This document shows, one piece after another, positions 1-10,278 of a stretch of DNA of 64,000 nucleotides (within the stretch, counting starts at the first letter, position 1; the number at the start of each line of letters is the position of its first letter). This stretch comes from an uncultured delta proteobacterium (GTDB lineage: Bacteria > Desulfobacterota > Desulfobacteria > Desulfobacterales > Desulfatirhabdiaceae): contig CAWBKP010000020.1 in the NCBI GenBank assembly GCA_963789395.1, positions 96,001 through 160,000 of the forward strand. The letters run 5' to 3'. Below the pieces are notes generated by a model, which searched no databases, was not told where the DNA came from, and saw only the letters and a program-made list of their open reading frames with translations. The position numbers were made by a program, and so were the translations under genes.

Positions 1-2
1 TT

Positions 3-311
3 TATTTAGGCTTGTCCGCATTTTATCAGGACAAGCGGGATTTCTTTCGATCCCTGATTGCTGGCTCGCAGTTTAAGGTGCTGCCCTGTCTGGGGTCATA
101 TTTTCAGCTCCTGGATTATACGAACCTGTCTGATGAACCGGATGAGGTGTTTGCAAACCGACTGACCACCGAATTCGGGGTTGCCGCCATTCCGCCGTCG
201 GTGTTTTATCAGGACCGTGAAGATCACCGGGTACTGCGGTTCTGTTTTGCCAAGACTTCCCGGACCCTTGAAGCCGCGGCGGAAAGACTCTGCCGCATTC
301 CGTGCCCTTAA
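3..311 (+). CDS. PLP-dependent class I/II aminotransferase, C-terminal fragment (runs off the window start)
   Basis: GSYFQLLDY...GVAAIPPSVFY...LRFCFAK is typical of the C-terminus of YbdL-like aminotransferases. Confidence 0.85.
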   Translation, partial: YLGLSAFYQDKRDFFRSLIAGSQFKVLPCLGSYFQLLDYTNLSDEPDEVFANRLTTEFGVAAIPPSVFYQDREDHRVLRFCFAKTSRTLEAAAERLCRIPCP

Positions 312-399
312 GCACCATGACCTTTTTCTGAAAGTCCCGCATCCGTAAAAAGTCAGGATTTACTGGCGCCCGACTCCTGACTGATGCTGTATAAAGATT

Positions 400-1917
400 A
401 TGCCCGAGATCCTGCACACGCAAATCAACGCCTATCTAAACGAATTGAAAACCGCATCCGGCAGCAGGCCGCTGCCGCAGGTCATGCTGATTTTCGGGGA
501 TGAACTTCTTTATAAATCCGCGCTGCAAACCCTGCTGGATGCGATCATTCGTCCGGAAAATCAGGCATTCGGTTATGAGCCCGTGGACGGCATTCCGGAA
601 AATGTTTATCCAGCCATAGAAAAGATCAATACGTATTCGTTTTTATCGGGCCAAAAAGTCGTCGGGTTTCTGGACACGCGGATATTTTACGCCAAAAAAA
701 ACAGCGCCGACATTCTTGAAAAAGCAAGGGAATCTTACAACGGGAAGGATTTAAAAACAGCGGCCCGGTATTTCGTCAGTCTGCTGTCGGTAACAGGGCT
801 TTCCCTGGAAGATGTTCGGGACAAAACCTATACCGGCCTGAATGTGGATTTGGATGCCCTTGGTGATACGACATGGTTGGACACGCTGGTGGATTACTGC
901 GTGGAAAATCCCGTGATGATGGATGCCTCCACCGGCGACGACCCTGCCAAAACCCTTCAGCAGGCTGTAGAAAAAGGATTTCCCTCCGGCAACCATCTGA
1001 TTCTGACTTCGGATATGGTGGACAAGCGCAAAGGGCTGTACAAGGCGATTGCGGAAAACGGTCTGGTTATCGACTGCTCCGTGCCAAAGGGGGAAAACTG
1101 GGCGGACCGGCAGGCGCAGGGCGCCTTGCTTGCCGAGCAGATGAAAACTATTCTGGCGCCGTTCGGCAAGACCCTGGAAAAGGCGGCTTTTCAGAAGCTT
1201 GTGGAAATGACGGGGTTTGACCTCAGGATGTTTGCCGGAAACCTTGAAAAACTGGTGCAGGTTGTGGGAGACCGGAAAACCATCGCTGTTGAAGATGTCG
1301 AATCCGCGCTTCCCCGCACCCGCCAGGATCCGGTCTTTGAGCTGACCAATGCCGTGACTGACAGAAATTATGATGCGGCGGCGTTTTACCTGAAATCCCT
1401 GCTCTCACAAGGATTTTTTCCGCTTCAGATTATTGCGGCCATCATCAATCAGGTGAGAAAGGTTCTTGTCGTAAAAGATTTCCTGGAAAGTCCGGCAGGC
1501 AAGTTCTGGCGGCCCGGATTAACGTTTGACCAATTCAAAAAGCAATTTAGCCAGACCATTCTGCCCGCGCTTCAGGCCCATGACGCGGTCCTGATCACCC
1601 GGCTGGGGGAATGGGAAGCCCGGCTGCAATCAAAACCCGAATCCGATGCGCCGCAGCCGGATAAAAAGAAGAAAAAGCCGGCGCGTTCCGAGAAAAAACC
1701 AGCCCAGCCCGCAAGCGATCTGCTGCTGGCAAAACAATCCGCCAGCCCGTACCCGCTCTTTTTGTCGATGCAAAAATCCGATCGGTTTTCAAGGGAGGAG
1801 TTGACTCAGGCCGTCATCACCCTGGATGAGGCGAATTTAAGCCTCAAGTCCAGCGGTCTGAATCCGGAGCTGATTCTGGATAGAATGATACTGAAAATCT
1901 GCGGATTGCCCCGTTAA
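400..1917 (+). CDS. holA: DNA polymerase III delta subunit
   Basis: N-terminal LIFGDELL, LEKL...ITxEDVE, VFELTNAV and C-terminal LKSSG..PELILDRMILKIC. Confidence 0.85.
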   Translation: MPEILHTQINAYLNELKTASGSRPLPQVMLIFGDELLYKSALQTLLDAIIRPENQAFGYEPVDGIPENVYPAIEKINTYSFLSGQKVVGFLDTRIFYAKKNSADILEKARESYNGKDLKTAARYFVSLLSVTGLSLEDVRDKTYTGLNVDLDALGDTTWLDTLVDYCVENPVMMDASTGDDPAKTLQQAVEKGFPSGNHLILTSDMVDKRKGLYKAIAENGLVIDCSVPKGENWADRQAQGALLAEQMKTILAPFGKTLEKAAFQKLVEMTGFDLRMFAGNLEKLVQVVGDRKTIAVEDVESALPRTRQDPVFELTNAVTDRNYDAAAFYLKSLLSQGFFPLQIIAAIINQVRKVLVVKDFLESPAGKFWRPGLTFDQFKKQFSQTILPALQAHDAVLITRLGEWEARLQSKPESDAPQPDKKKKKPARSEKKPAQPASDLLLAKQSASPYPLFLSMQKSDRFSREELTQAVITLDEANLSLKSSGLNPELILDRMILKICGLPR

Positions 1918-2681
1918 GCCGTATTGCAGTTCTTTGATGCCAGATGGTTGATGATGCTGGCCTGGTATCCGGCGCCGAATCCATTGTCAATGTTGACGAC
2001 TGAGACTCCGGAGGCGCAGCTGTTGAGCATGCTGAGAAGCGCGGCAATCCCGCCGAAGCTGGCGCCGTAGCCGATGCTGGTGGGAACGCCGATGACCGGA
2101 CAGGAGACCAGGCCGCCGACCACGCTGGCAAGGGCGCCTTCCATTCCGGCCACGACCACGGCCACATTGGCCTTGGACAGATCCTCCCAGACGGCCAGGA
2201 GCCGGTGGATCCCGGCAACGCCCACATCATACAGCCGGCTGACCTGATTCCCCAGTGTTTCGGCGGTGACTGCGGCTTCTTCGGCAACGGGCATATCGGA
2301 GGTGCCGGCGGAAACCACGACAATCCGGCCTGTTTTTTCAAGAGGATCCGGACGGATCACAACGATTCTGGCCATCTCGTGGTAGGTGCAGGGAAGTTCG
2401 ACGGCCTGAATGGCCGCATACACGTCAGGCCCCGCTCGGGTGGCCAGGATGTTCCGGTGGCGCTCGGCAAGCTTTTGAACAATTCCCTGGATCTGCGGCA
2501 GGGTTTTTCCCTGGCAGTAGATGACTTCCGGCGCACCGTTTCGAAGACAGCGGTGATGATCGATGCGTGCAAATCCGATGTTTTCAAACGGCAGGCGCTT
2601 AAGAATGTCCATCGCCGCGTCCGCGCCGATCCGGCCGCCTTGAATTTTCTCGATCAATTCTTTTAAATACGAATCATCCAT
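1914..2681 (-). CDS. larB: Nickel-pincer cofactor biosynthesis protein LarB (AIR carboxylase-like)
   Basis: ARIDHHR..R.GAPEVIYCQGKT, SAGTSDMPVAEEA, DVGVAGIHRL, VAGMEGALASVV, VVNIDNGFGA; start moved to ATG 2681. Confidence 0.9.
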   Translation of the reverse strand: MDDSYLKELIEKIQGGRIGADAAMDILKRLPFENIGFARIDHHRCLRNGAPEVIYCQGKTLPQIQGIVQKLAERHRNILATRAGPDVYAAIQAVELPCTYHEMARIVVIRPDPLEKTGRIVVVSAGTSDMPVAEEAAVTAETLGNQVSRLYDVGVAGIHRLLAVWEDLSKANVAVVVAGMEGALASVVGGLVSCPVIGVPTSIGYGASFGGIAALLSMLNSCASGVSVVNIDNGFGAGYQASIINHLASKNCNTA

Positions 2682-3213
2682 ACCGAATATCCCGTCTGTG
2701 TTGGTATTGTCGGTAACGTTAGCGATGAATGGATGCCGAGTCAACAAAATATCTCTGCACCTCCGGATTTCTTTTAGCTTCCAGGGAGTAATTTCCGAGA
2801 GTGAAGTCGAAGCAGTGCCGGGGTCATCTGGTCCGATTCTTCGGGTTTCTGTATTAAGGCATCCGCGCAGATTTAAAGAAAAATGGCTTGCCTTGGATGC
2901 CGAAAAATGTCATTAAAACCGTATGATATGTCAATAAGAATTCAACTTTATGGCCGGCGACTTTTATAGGGGACTGTTTCCTGGTTTTAAGTGCATCCTG
3001 CAAAAATGGGCAGGTTATCCGATTCGGTTCGAATTTGACAAATCATCCTCCCGGTCCCGGCGACGGAGCCGTTTTGTAACAATACAGCGTTCGGCCCGCA
3101 TCCGGCCAGCAATTGGGAACGTCCCGGCAATCCGAAGAGAGCAGGGGGAAGAAATTTTCAGGCGGATGTGAGCGGACAGTACAGACAACCTTTTTGTGAA
3201 AGGAGAAGACGAC

Positions 3214-4770
3214 ATGCAAGTTGTAAAGAGAATTTTTTTCATTTCGTTTCTGCTGGTTGCCGTCATGGCGCTTTTTATGGGACCTGCATCTGCTGCCGAG
3301 CAGAAAAAACCCAACATCCTTGTCCTCTGGGGCGATGATATCGGCTGGTTCAATATCAGCGCCTACAACATGGGCATGATGGGCTACAAAACGCCAAACA
3401 TCGACAGCCTTGCCAAACAAGGCGCGCTGTTCACCGACTGGTACGGCCAGCAGAGCTGCACGGCCGGCCGGGCAGCATTTATCACCGGGCAGTCGCCCAT
3501 CCGTACGGGACTCACCAAGGTCGGGCTGCCGGGTTCGCCCGAAGGCATGAGAAAGGAAGACCCGACCCTGGCTACGCTGCTCAAGGCCCAGGGCTACATG
3601 ACTGGCCAGTTCGGGAAAAACCATCTCGGTGACCGCGACGAGATGCTGCCGACCAACCACGGCTTCGATGAGTTTTTCGGCAACCTCTACCATTTGAATG
3701 CCGAGGAAGAACCGGAGCATCCCGACTATCCCAAGAACCCCGAGTTCAAGAAGAAATTCGGCCCGCGCGGCGTCATCCACAGCTTTGCAGATGGCAAAAT
3801 TGAGGACACCGGTCCCCTGACGAAGAAGCGCATGGAAACCGTTGACGAAGAGGTCACCGCCAAGGCGATGGACTTCATGGAACGGGCCAAGAAGGCGGAC
3901 AAGCCGTTCTTCATCTGGTGGAACAGCACCCGCATGCACATCTTCACGCATCTGAAGAAGTCGTCTGAAGGAAAGACCGGCCTTGGCGTCTATGCCGACG
4001 GCATGGTCGAGCATGACGGTCAGGTCGGGCAGATCCTCGATAAGCTGAAGGAACTCGGGCTCGATGACAACACCATCGTGATGTATTCCACCGACAACGG
4101 TTCGGAGTCCTTCTCCTGGCCCGACGGCGGAACCACGATGTTCCGGGGAGAGAAGAACACCAACTGGGAGGGAGGCTACCGGGTTCCGACGCTCATCCGC
4201 TGGCCCGGGGTCATCAAGCCCGGAACCGTCATCAACGACATCTGTGCGCACGAGGACATGCTTCCGACCCTGATGGCTGCGGTGGGTGATGCTACCGTCA
4301 AAGAGGACCTGCTGAAAGGCAGGAAAATCGGCAGCATGACTTACAAGGTCCATCTTGACGGCTACAACCTCCTGCCCGTGTTCAAGAATCAGGGTGTGTG
4401 GCCGCGCAAGGAGTTCATCTACTGGACAGATGACGGCAGTGTCGCGGCCCTGCGCTACGGTGATTGGAAGGCCACGTTCCTGAGGCAGGACGCTCACGGC
4501 ATGAAGGTCTGGCTGGAACCCTTCGTGGCGTTGCGCGCCCCCATGCTCACCAACCTGCGCATGGACCCGTTCGAACTTGCTCAGGACATCGGCATGGAGT
4601 ACGACCGCTGGTTCATCGACCATATGTTCATGATAGCCCCCGCGGCGGGCTATGTCGGAGAGTGGCTGCAGAGTTTCCGCGAGTTTCCCCCACGCCAGAA
4701 GCCCGGCAGCTTCAACCTCGACCGCGTGATGGAAGCGGTGACCAGTGGTCCAAAAGGCGGCAACAACTAA
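3214..4770 (+). CDS. Exported arylsulfatase (Cys-type, formylglycine-dependent)
   Basis: Signal peptide; PNILVLWGDDIG; SCTAGRAAFITG (CxxxR motif); GKNHLG; AAGGAG upstream of ATG 3214. Confidence 0.92.
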   Translation: MQVVKRIFFISFLLVAVMALFMGPASAAEQKKPNILVLWGDDIGWFNISAYNMGMMGYKTPNIDSLAKQGALFTDWYGQQSCTAGRAAFITGQSPIRTGLTKVGLPGSPEGMRKEDPTLATLLKAQGYMTGQFGKNHLGDRDEMLPTNHGFDEFFGNLYHLNAEEEPEHPDYPKNPEFKKKFGPRGVIHSFADGKIEDTGPLTKKRMETVDEEVTAKAMDFMERAKKADKPFFIWWNSTRMHIFTHLKKSSEGKTGLGVYADGMVEHDGQVGQILDKLKELGLDDNTIVMYSTDNGSESFSWPDGGTTMFRGEKNTNWEGGYRVPTLIRWPGVIKPGTVINDICAHEDMLPTLMAAVGDATVKEDLLKGRKIGSMTYKVHLDGYNLLPVFKNQGVWPRKEFIYWTDDGSVAALRYGDWKATFLRQDAHGMKVWLEPFVALRAPMLTNLRMDPFELAQDIGMEYDRWFIDHMFMIAPAAGYVGEWLQSFREFPPRQKPGSFNLDRVMEAVTSGPKGGNN

Positions 4771-5098
4771 AGCTGCGCAGACCGGAAAGACGTGTCAATT
4801 CAGCAGGGCCGCGCCTGTTACAAGCGCGGCCTTTACTCGGCCGAAATGCATCCTCCTTGTTCAAGGATGCAATATGGACCCTGCAACACCTTTCAACAGA
4901 TCTCCACCGTGATGAATGCGGCGATTATCGTCCAGGAAAATCTGTCAGTTTTTTGCGGGATCAGACGTTGAGTTTGCCTCCTGTTGCTTCAGATTCGGAA
5001 TTGGTGGCATGCGCTGTCTATAGGCCACAGTTACAGAACTTTGGACAACTGGAAATATCAGGGATATCGGAAAAAATTGCATGATAGGAGACAAGAAG

Positions 5099-6103
5099 AT
5101 GAAAACGTCATACAAGTTTAAATTTATCGCCGCTGCGTTCATCGGCTTGTTGGCTTTCACAACTTCCGTTGTACAAGCCGCCGATCCATTGCCGTCCTGG
5201 AAAGCGGGCAAGGCAAAGCAATCCATTATCGAATACGTTGAGAAGGTCACAAAATCCGGTTCGCCGGATTTCGTCCCTGTTCCCGAGCGCATCGCCGTAT
5301 TCGACAATGACGGCACGCTTTGGAGCGAGCAGCCGATGTATTTCCAGGCATTCTTCGTCTTCGACCGTATCAACCAACTGGCGCCGCAGCATCCTGAATG
5401 GAAGACCAGAGAGCCGTTCGCCTCGGTGCTCAAGGGAAATGTGAAATCCGCCATGGCTGGCGGCGAACACGCGCTTATCGAGATGGGCATGGCCACGCAC
5501 GCGGAAACGACGACCGAGGAGTTCGAGAAGATCGTCGCCGATTGGATCGCCACTGCGAAACATCCCAAGACGGGCCGGTTTTTCACTGAAATGGTCTTTC
5601 AGCCGATGATCGAAGTGCTTGCCTACCTGCGGGCGAACGATTTCAAGACCTTCATCGTCTCCGGTGGCGGTATCGAGTTCATGCGTCCGTGGACAGAGAA
5701 GGTCTACGGCATTCCGCCGGAGCAGGTTATCGGCAGCAGTATTAAAACGAAGTTTGAAATTCGCGACGGCCGACCGGTGCTTGTTCGCCTGCCGGAAATT
5801 AATTTCGTGGACGACAAGGCGGGCAAGCCGGTCGGCATCCAGATGCACATTGGACGCCGTCCCATCGCCGCATTCGGCAACTCCGACGGGGACCTGCAGA
5901 TGCTGCAATGGACCGCCGCCGGCAAGGGCGCAAGCTTCTGCCTCTACGTCCATCACACCGATGGTGAACGCGAATGGGCTTACGACCGAAATTCCAGCAT
6001 CGGGCATCTTGACAAAGGACTCGATGAAGCCATGGCAAAAGGCTGGACCGTTGCGGACATGAAGAACGACTGGAAGATCATCTTTCCATTCGAGAAGCGT
6101 TAA
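5099..6103 (+). CDS. Exported HAD-superfamily hydrolase/phosphatase
   Basis: Signal peptide; FDNDGTLW motif I, IVSGG motif II, GNSDGD motif IV. Confidence 0.88.
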   Translation: MKTSYKFKFIAAAFIGLLAFTTSVVQAADPLPSWKAGKAKQSIIEYVEKVTKSGSPDFVPVPERIAVFDNDGTLWSEQPMYFQAFFVFDRINQLAPQHPEWKTREPFASVLKGNVKSAMAGGEHALIEMGMATHAETTTEEFEKIVADWIATAKHPKTGRFFTEMVFQPMIEVLAYLRANDFKTFIVSGGGIEFMRPWTEKVYGIPPEQVIGSSIKTKFEIRDGRPVLVRLPEINFVDDKAGKPVGIQMHIGRRPIAAFGNSDGDLQMLQWTAAGKGASFCLYVHHTDGEREWAYDRNSSIGHLDKGLDEAMAKGWTVADMKNDWKIIFPFEKR

Positions 6104-6166
6104 CGGAACGGGGCAGAGGTCTCCTTCATTTCTTTTCCAGCGGTGAAATTATCTGCTTTGAGACAC

Positions 6167-6195
6167 TTTACAAAACCGGGGCCTTTCATTATTAT
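6167..6195 (+). promoter_or_regulatory. Putative sigma70 promoter for the ferritin-like gene
   Basis: TTTACA-N17-TATTAT. Confidence 0.5.
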
Positions 6196-6319
6196 TGATG
6201 ATATATGCATGACCGGTATGGTTGCTATCTAACGGCAACGAACAGGATGCGCCGGAAGGGCCGCGGAAACATCCGTTGCGCCGGCACTCAGACGACTATT
6301 TAGAAAGGAAACAATTACC

Positions 6320-6793
6320 ATGAGCTTTGATTTCAATGCAGATGATATTTTTGAAATGGCGGAACAACTGGAGCGCAACGGCGCGAAATTTTACACGGAT
6401 GCCTCCGAGAACGTGGCGGATCCGACATCCAAAAAATTTCTGATTCAGCTGGCGCAGATGGAAGTACAGCATGAGAAGACATTTCAGGCCATGCGCGCCG
6501 GCCTGAATGAAAAAGAAAAGGCCGCCACGGTTTTTGATCCCGAGCATGAGGCCGTGCTCTATCTGCGGGCACTGGCCGATACCCGCGTGTTTTTTCAAAA
6601 GACGATCGATTTGAAATCCATGAAGGAAATTCTAAAGGCCGCAATCGAAGCGGAAAAGGATTCCATCGTATTTTATCTGGGGATGAAGGAAGTGGTCCCC
6701 GAAGGTCTGGGAAAAAGCCGGATCGACGGGATCATCAAGGAAGAAATGGGGCATATCCGGCTTCTCAGCAAGGAGCTTGTGGCGGCAAAATAA
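6320..6793 (+). CDS. Ferritin-like/rubrerythrin-family di-iron protein without a rubredoxin domain
   Basis: E-x-NG..FY, E-xx-H (MEVQHE), AIEAEKDSIVFY, EEMGH. Confidence 0.85.
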   Translation: MSFDFNADDIFEMAEQLERNGAKFYTDASENVADPTSKKFLIQLAQMEVQHEKTFQAMRAGLNEKEKAATVFDPEHEAVLYLRALADTRVFFQKTIDLKSMKEILKAAIEAEKDSIVFYLGMKEVVPEGLGKSRIDGIIKEEMGHIRLLSKELVAAK

Positions 6794-6801
6794 CCCAGAT
6801 G

Positions 6802-6836
6802 AAATCCCCCCTGGCCCCCCTTTTTCTAAGGGGGGA
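6802..6836. repeat. REP-like palindromic intergenic repeat, copy 1
   Basis: AAATCCCCCCTGGCCCCCCTTTTTCTAAGGGGGGA; related copies at about 9423, 21733, 25389 and 37716. Confidence 0.7.
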
Positions 6837-6881
6837 AGCATTTTCGTGGCCCGTATTCATCATCTGCTGATAAACCGTTGT

Positions 6882-7568
6882 TTACGGAAGCTTCCCGTTT
6901 TCAGCCAGATCCTCCAGTCCGCTACGATCCAGAAGCTGGATTTCACTGCCCTGAACACTGATCAGCCGTGCAGCCGCCATTTTGGTGAAGATCCGGGAAA
7001 GCGTTTCGGGAATCGTCCCCAGCAAGCTTGCCAGCTGGCTTTTGGAGATGACAAGCTTGACGGAATCCGGGCATCCCTGTTCATCTGACAGGTACAGCAG
7101 ATAAGACGACAGCCGTCCGGGGACTTCCTTCAGGGAGAGGTTCTCGATCTGAACCGTAAATTCCCGAAGCCGCATGGACAACACCCCAAGCATGCTAAGC
7201 GCCAGAGAGGGGTTTTGATGAATCAGAGTCACAAAAGCGGCCTTCGGGAAAAACAGCAGGCTGGTTCCGGCAATGGCCTGGGCGGTGGCGGGAAACGGCC
7301 GGCCTGTAAACACAGGGACTTCTCCGAAGGGTTCCCCGGGGCCGAAAATATGCAGGATCTGCTCCTTGCCGTCGGGCGCAACTTTGAAAATCTTCACGCT
7401 GCCGCTGACAATGGTATAAAAGCCATTGCCGGCATCTCCTTCTGAAAAAATGATCTGCCCTTTATCGTAGTCCTTGCGCACCGTGATCGCACAGACCGCC
7501 TGCAGCGCACCCTCGTCAAGCCCGCTGAAAAGCGGGGTTTTTGAAACAATCTCTGTCGCGGTGTTCAT
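6882..7568 (-). CDS. hcpR: Crp/Fnr-family regulator, HcpR-like
   Basis: cNMP-binding fold (GDAGNGFY..SGSVKI, GEPFGE), HTH LASLLGTIPETLSR, divergent from hcp. Confidence 0.82.
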   Translation of the reverse strand: MNTATEIVSKTPLFSGLDEGALQAVCAITVRKDYDKGQIIFSEGDAGNGFYTIVSGSVKIFKVAPDGKEQILHIFGPGEPFGEVPVFTGRPFPATAQAIAGTSLLFFPKAAFVTLIHQNPSLALSMLGVLSMRLREFTVQIENLSLKEVPGRLSSYLLYLSDEQGCPDSVKLVISKSQLASLLGTIPETLSRIFTKMAAARLISVQGSEIQLLDRSGLEDLAENGKLP

Positions 7569-7604
7569 GTTTTTTTCAATTATTTTCATTTTTTTCGGGT
7601 GATG

Positions 7605-7618
7605 TTGACTTAAGTCAA
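7605..7618. promoter_or_regulatory. Candidate HcpR (Fnr-type) operator
   Basis: Perfect palindrome TTGACTTAAGTCAA (TTGAC-N4-GTCAA) between divergent hcpR and hcp. Confidence 0.75.
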
Positions 7619-7770
7619 GGACGTTGCGTTGAATATGGGATAAAACCGAACACAAGAAGAACGAAAATCACAGTTCAACAATACAGGCGGAAGTCGGAAG
7701 GACAATGCACCCTTCAGAAACCTTCTGCTCGAACCCCCAACCCAGATGATCATTATGAAAGGAGATCACC

Positions 7771-9384
7771 ATGTTTTGTTACCAATGCGAACAGACGTCA
7801 AAAGGCGAAGGATGCACCAAGATCGGTGTTTGTGGAAAGCAGCCGGAAGTTGCAGCCCTTCAGGATTTGTTGATTTATACGGTAAAAGGCCTGTCTCAGG
7901 TGGCGGTTGCAGCCAGAAAAGCAGGCATTGTGGATGATAGCATTAACCGCTTCACCTGTGAAGCCATTTTTTCAACGCTCACCAACGTGGATTTTGATCC
8001 GGACCGGTTTGTCAAGCTGATTCAGGAATGCATTGCCAAGCGAAACGCGCTGAAGTCCAGAATTCAGGCATCCCTTCCCGTGGGTCCCGCAGACTTCATA
8101 GCGGCCGGAACCCTTGATGGCATGGTCAAGCAAGGCGAATCCGTCGGCGTCAAGTCGGATGCTTCCATCAACCCCGATATTCTCTCCCTTCAGCAGCTGT
8201 TGATTTACGGCGTCAAGGGCCTGGCGGCCTATGCCGATCATGCCGCGATTCTGGGGCAATCCGATGACGCGGTCTATGCCTTTATTCAGGAAGCCATGGC
8301 GGCAACCCTGGACAAGAGTCTGGGGGTCAACGAACTGGTGGGCCTTGCCTTGAAGTGCGGCGAAGTCAATTTAAAGGCCATGGAGCTTCTGGATGCCGGC
8401 AATACCGGAACATACGGACACCCGGTTCCCACATCGGTTTCGCTGGGCGCAAAAAAAGGAAAGGCCATTCTCGTGTCCGGCCATGACCTGAAAGACCTGG
8501 ATGCGCTTCTCAAACAAACCCAGGGAAAAGGCATCAATGTTTATACGCACGGGGAAATGCTTCCCTGCCACGGGTATCCGGAACTTAAGAAATACCCCCA
8601 TTTTTTCGGCCACTACGGAACCGCATGGCAGAATCAGGCCAAGGAATTCGCAGCCTTTCCGGGCGCCATTTTAATGACCACCAACTGTATTCAAAAACCG
8701 AAGGAAACCTATCAGGACAATATCTTTACAACGGGACTTGTGGGCTGGCCGGGTGTTACGCACATCGCCACCAAGGACTTTTCACCGGTGATTGAAAAAG
8801 CGCTGGCGCTTCCAGGCTTTACCGAAGATGTTGCAGGCAAATCCGTGATGGTCGGCTTTGCCAGAAATGCGGTCATGGGGGTTGCGGGGGCTGTGATCGA
8901 TGCGGTAAAGAGCAAGGCTATCCGCCACTTTTTTCTGGTCGGCGGCTGCGACGGGGCCAAGCCCGGCAGGGATTACTACACGGAATTTGTGGAAAAAGTG
9001 CCTTCCGATTGCGTGGTGCTGACCCTTGCCTGCGGGAAATTCCGCTTTTTTGACAAGGATCTGGGCAATATCGGCGGCATCCCCCGGCTTCTGGATGTCG
9101 GACAGTGCAATGACGCCTATTCGGCGATTCAGATCGCCGTCGCCCTTGCCAATGCGTTCGGATGCGGGGTCAACGACCTGCCGCTTTCCATGATTCTGTC
9201 CTGGTATGAACAGAAAGCCTGCGTCATTTTACTGTCCCTGCTGCATCTGGGTATCAAGAACATTCGCCTGGGGCCAAGCCTGCCGGCCTTTATCACCCCC
9301 AATGTGCTGGATGTGCTGGTGAAAAATTTCAACCTCATGCCCATCAGCACGCCGGATGCCGATCTGAAGGCGATTTTGGGATAA
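7771..9384 (+). CDS. hcp: Hybrid cluster protein (hydroxylamine/NO reductase)
   Basis: MFCYQCEQT..GCTKIGVCGK, SGHDL, YTHGEMLP, GGCDG, LDVGQCNDAYS, SWYEQKA. Confidence 0.97.
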   Translation: MFCYQCEQTSKGEGCTKIGVCGKQPEVAALQDLLIYTVKGLSQVAVAARKAGIVDDSINRFTCEAIFSTLTNVDFDPDRFVKLIQECIAKRNALKSRIQASLPVGPADFIAAGTLDGMVKQGESVGVKSDASINPDILSLQQLLIYGVKGLAAYADHAAILGQSDDAVYAFIQEAMAATLDKSLGVNELVGLALKCGEVNLKAMELLDAGNTGTYGHPVPTSVSLGAKKGKAILVSGHDLKDLDALLKQTQGKGINVYTHGEMLPCHGYPELKKYPHFFGHYGTAWQNQAKEFAAFPGAILMTTNCIQKPKETYQDNIFTTGLVGWPGVTHIATKDFSPVIEKALALPGFTEDVAGKSVMVGFARNAVMGVAGAVIDAVKSKAIRHFFLVGGCDGAKPGRDYYTEFVEKVPSDCVVLTLACGKFRFFDKDLGNIGGIPRLLDVGQCNDAYSAIQIAVALANAFGCGVNDLPLSMILSWYEQKACVILLSLLHLGIKNIRLGPSLPAFITPNVLDVLVKNFNLMPISTPDADLKAILG

Positions 9385-9422
9385 TTCACAGATTCATGAT
9401 AGCGGATTTATCGTGAAGATGA

Positions 9423-9509
9423 CCCCCCTTTGAAAAAAAGGGGGCCAGGGGGGATTTAAGACGTCTATATTACGGATAAATTCCCCTCGGTGCCCTTTTT
9501 CAAAGGGAG
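9423..9509. repeat. REP-like repeat, inverted pair
   Basis: CCCCCCTTTGAAAAAAAGGGGGCCAGGGGGGATTT followed by degenerate AAATTCCCCTCGGTGCCCTTTTTCAAAGGGAG. Confidence 0.7.
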
Positions 9510-9536
9510 TGTAAGATCTGATTTTGGGAGGTAAAT

Positions 9537-10268
9537 ATGAAATGTCCGGGACAAGATACCCAGTACTGGAAGCCAGGAGCGATTTTTGAAACCACATGCC
9601 CCGAGTGCGGCGGCAGTGTCGAATTTTTCAAGGACGACACCACCCGCAAATGCCCGCACTGTCAGCACCGATTTGTCAATCCCAATATGGATTTCGGGTG
9701 CGCCGCATACTGCCAGTTCGCCGAACAATGTCTGGGAACCATGCCGGCCGAGCTTCTGGCCCAGAAGGATGACCTGCTCAAAGACCGGGTGGCCATTGAA
9801 ATGAAGCGGTATTTCAAAAGCGATTTCAAGCGGATCGGCCATGCGTCCCGGGTGGCCCGGTACGCGGAGCGGATTGCAAGATCCGAAAAAGGCAACATGG
9901 CGGTCATTCTGTGTGCGGCGTTTCTCCACGACATCGGCATTCACGAAGCGGAGCGAAAACACGGCAGCACAGCCGCCCGGTTTCAGGAACTGGAAGGTCC
10001 GCCCATCGCCAGATCCATTCTTGTAAAACTGGGTGCCAAAGCCGAACTGATTGATGAGGTCTGCGATATTGTGGGCCATCACCATCATCCCCGTGCCGAG
10101 GAGACCGCCAATTTTAAAGTTCTCTATGACGCCGATCTTGTCACCAATATTGAAGAAAACCAGAAGGAATCGCCGGCGTCCACGGACCGGCTGAACCAGA
10201 TGATCGAAAAATCGTTTTTAACCGAAAGCGGACGCAAGGTTGCCCGAGACACGTTGCTGTCAGAATGA
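9537..10268 (+). CDS. HD-domain phosphohydrolase with a Cys-rich N-terminal metal-binding domain
   Basis: CPG...CPECG...CPHC...CAAYC...C N-terminus; H...LHDIG...GHHH...YDAD HD motifs. Confidence 0.85.
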   Translation: MKCPGQDTQYWKPGAIFETTCPECGGSVEFFKDDTTRKCPHCQHRFVNPNMDFGCAAYCQFAEQCLGTMPAELLAQKDDLLKDRVAIEMKRYFKSDFKRIGHASRVARYAERIARSEKGNMAVILCAAFLHDIGIHEAERKHGSTAARFQELEGPPIARSILVKLGAKAELIDEVCDIVGHHHHPRAEETANFKVLYDADLVTNIEENQKESPASTDRLNQMIEKSFLTESGRKVARDTLLSE

Positions 10269-10278
10269 GGAATGAGCC

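Noticed and set aside
3043..4623. 526-aa minus-strand ORF
   Set aside because: It is the antisense shadow of the GC3-rich sulfatase gene and has no recognisable motifs.
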